DNA of 64,000 nucleotides from the NCBI GenBank assembly GCA_018362935.1, contig JAHALQ010000007.1, positions 512-64,511 of the forward strand. Reading direction: 5' to 3'. The notes under the pieces were generated by a model. That model was not told where the DNA came from. It was given only the letters and a program-made list of their open reading frames with translations, and made no database searches. This DNA is from Pseudomonadota bacterium. Its GTDB lineage: Bacteria > Pseudomonadota > Alphaproteobacteria > RF32 > CAG-239. Every line of letters starts with the position of its first letter. Position 1 is the stretch's first letter. This document shows positions 62,447 through 64,000 of this stretch, one piece after another. The position numbers and the translations under genes are program-made.

Positions 62447-64000
62447 AAGACCTGAAAGCATCGTTTAAGCTGGATTTAATCGGCAATTTGTTCGATAAGA
62501 CCCAGCAGCTTTCCAACCGGCTGGCTCGCATGGGCCAGACCGGCAGCCGCAGCGCGTACTATTTGTCAAAAAGTTTGCAGGCTGCCGATATGGGCTTAAA
62601 CAAGCTGGCCAACCGCTACACCGGTTTTATTACCGGTGCCGGCGGAGCGATGGCGGTTCGCAATGCCGCCAGCCTGGAACTGCGCCTGACCCGCTTGGGT
62701 ATTCAGGCCGAAATCAGTCAGGATGAGGTTAATCAACTTAATAATGAGATCTATCGCATTTCACAGCTGCGGGACATCAATATCAATCCGGACGAGCTTT
62801 TGGCTTCGGTTGAAAAGATTGTCAGCAAAACCGGCAATCTCAAATTTGCTGAAGATAACCTCCAAAATTTGGCCTATACCATTTCCGCCACCGGTGCCGC
62901 CGGTAACGATGTCGGCGCCATGGCAGCGGATTTGTTTGAAAAGTTTAACATTAAAGACGCCAATCAGATGATTGCTACCTTGGGAATGCTGGTTAATCAG
63001 GGCAAGGCAGGCGCTTTTGAACTCCGCGATTTGGCAACACAAGGCGAAAGAGCAACTTCGGCTTACGGGCAAATGGGCAGAACCGGTGTCGAAGCTGCTG
63101 CCGAAATGGGTGCCATGTTGCAAATGGCTCGCAAAGCCACCGGTTCGCCGGAGCAGGCCGCCACCTCTCTGGAAGCTTACATTCGCAATCTGAATGCTAC
63201 CGAAAAACGTGCCAAACTGAAAAAAGCCGGTATTCGGCTAATGGATCCGGAAGATCCGAAACGCATGCGTTCGGCGATAGATATTGCCAAGGATTTAATT
63301 CGGCTGACAAAAGGCAATGTTGAGAAAATCGGCAGTGTGATTGATGCCGAAGGAATTAAAGCCCTCAACGCGATGATTATCGAATACAAACAGACCGGCG
63401 CGTTTGAGACGGTTGACAGCTTTGTCAACATCAGCCGTGAAAGTAAAGGTCTGTTAGAAGATTCCGCCCGTATTGCCGGTACGCTTGACAGTTCCATGAC
63501 CTCTTTAAAAACCGCATGGACGGCCTTTGCCAACCGCAATCTGGCGGAACCGATCCAAAAACTGGCCAATGCCCTCAATCGTATTCAACCGGAGCAGTTG
63601 GACAAATGGCTGAAAAACGCCGCAAAGATAGCGGTTACCATCGGTACGCTGGCGGTTGCCAACAAAGCCCGCCACGGTGTGATGGGAATTATGGACTTTT
63701 TCAGGTTCTCCGCTGTCAAAGGCGGTGGTGCCGGTTCAATTCTTGGTGCCCTCGGTTCCGGCGCGCGGCCGATTCCGGTTTATGTGGTTAACGGCGGGGC
63801 TTTCGGCGCGGCCGGTATGGCCGATGGATTCGATATGTTGGGCGGCGGCGGAAAAAACGGCAAATTCGGCAAAGTCGGGCGGTTTATGGCGCGGCACCGC
63901 CGCTTGGCAAAATTAGCCGGGTATGGCGGCAAAGCTCTGAAGTACGGCGGCAAAGCCTTGGGGATTGCCGGCATGGCCTATTCGGTCTATGAACTGATAC
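62437..64000 (+). CDS. tail tape measure protein, 3' end beyond window (not in ORF track)
   Basis: Frame 1 is open from ATG 62437 to the window end, checked by hand. The sequence is helical and Ala/Gly-rich, with a Gly-rich, hydrophobic segment near 63.7 kb. Confidence 0.8.
   Translation, partial: MAVKDLKASFKLDLIGNLFDKTQQLSNRLARMGQTGSRSAYYLSKSLQAADMGLNKLANRYTGFITGAGGAMAVRNAASLELRLTRLGIQAEISQDEVNQLNNEIYRISQLRDININPDELLASVEKIVSKTGNLKFAEDNLQNLAYTISATGAAGNDVGAMAADLFEKFNIKDANQMIATLGMLVNQGKAGAFELRDLATQGERATSAYGQMGRTGVEAAAEMGAMLQMARKATGSPEQAATSLEAYIRNLNATEKRAKLKKAGIRLMDPEDPKRMRSAIDIAKDLIRLTKGNVEKIGSVIDAEGIKALNAMIIEYKQTGAFETVDSFVNISRESKGLLEDSARIAGTLDSSMTSLKTAWTAFANRNLAEPIQKLANALNRIQPEQLDKWLKNAAKIAVTIGTLAVANKARHGVMGIMDFFRFSAVKGGGAGSILGALGSGARPIPVYVVNGGAFGAAGMADGFDMLGGGGKNGKFGKVGRFMARHRRLAKLAGYGGKALKYGGKALGIAGMAYSVYELI

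Larger units (their letters stand above)
39007..64000 (+). mobile_element. Mu-like transposable prophage (myovirus), left part; right end lies outside the window
   Basis: Mu gene order: repressor, ner, DDE transposase A, AAA+ B, gemA, mor, lysis genes, small and large terminase, portal, F, I, T, sheath, tube, tape measure. The left boundary is only approximate (a TG at 39007 is one candidate terminus). Confidence 0.88.

Noticed and set aside
1-64000. rRNA genes, CRISPR arrays, integrases, IS elements, and known multi-gene defence systems (RM, CBASS, retron, Gabija-type and similar).
   Set aside because: No repeat-spacer arrays, rRNA-like sequences, tyrosine or serine recombinases or IS transposases were seen, apart from the Mu-type A protein. 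No reverse transcriptase, cyclase, helicase-nuclease or methylase genes were recognised in any frame.

Overview
The window looks like a moderately low-GC alphaproteobacterial chromosome, judged from CckA-, HdaA-, MipZ- and GapR-type genes and an FtsZ with a long linker. AdhE, AdiCA and an NrdD-like peptide suggest an anaerobic or gut lifestyle. All family calls rest on motif recognition and synteny by eye; no database search was run.

Layout:
- 1-8054: a trimmed dcw cluster, mraY-ftsW-murG-murB-ftsQ-ftsA-ftsZ, with no murD, murC or ddl.
- 8.1-8.7 kb: an AT-rich islet carrying an orphan XRE gene.
- 8.7-19.0 kb: a tightly packed minus-strand array, PBP5-SPOR, mipZ, pgm, GH114-like, fliQ, fliR, flhB, cckA, hdaA.
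- 19.17 kb: tRNA-His.
- 19.3-30.9 kb: an AAA ATPase, an RTX-like protein, adhE and a patch of orphan, secreted and lipoprotein genes. The patch contains an unannotated 37-aa cysteine-rich gene in a CsoR-controlled mini-operon.
- 30.9-36.0 kb: a LysR regulator with the adiC-adiA arginine acid-resistance pair.
- 36.0-38.8 kb: a 6S-like structured RNA candidate, an XRE regulator, an outer-membrane barrel and an alpha/beta hydrolase with a MerR-type promoter.
- About 39.0 kb to the window end: a Mu-like transposable myovirus prophage. It carries repressor, ner, A and B transposition genes, an early region, a lysis cassette, and head and tail genes up to a partial tape-measure gene.

The most interesting prophage items:
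- A self-promoted membrane-protein cassette sits at the junction of the two late head operons.
- The MuF protein carries a C-terminal add-on domain.
- A 65-aa stand-alone NrdD glycyl-radical motif protein is encoded in the early/middle region.
- A shared 21-bp dyad marks the lysis and head late promoters.
- A reverse-strand AT-rich moron encodes a secreted protein.
- The tail-chaperone gene pair is arranged for a +1 rather than -1 frameshift.
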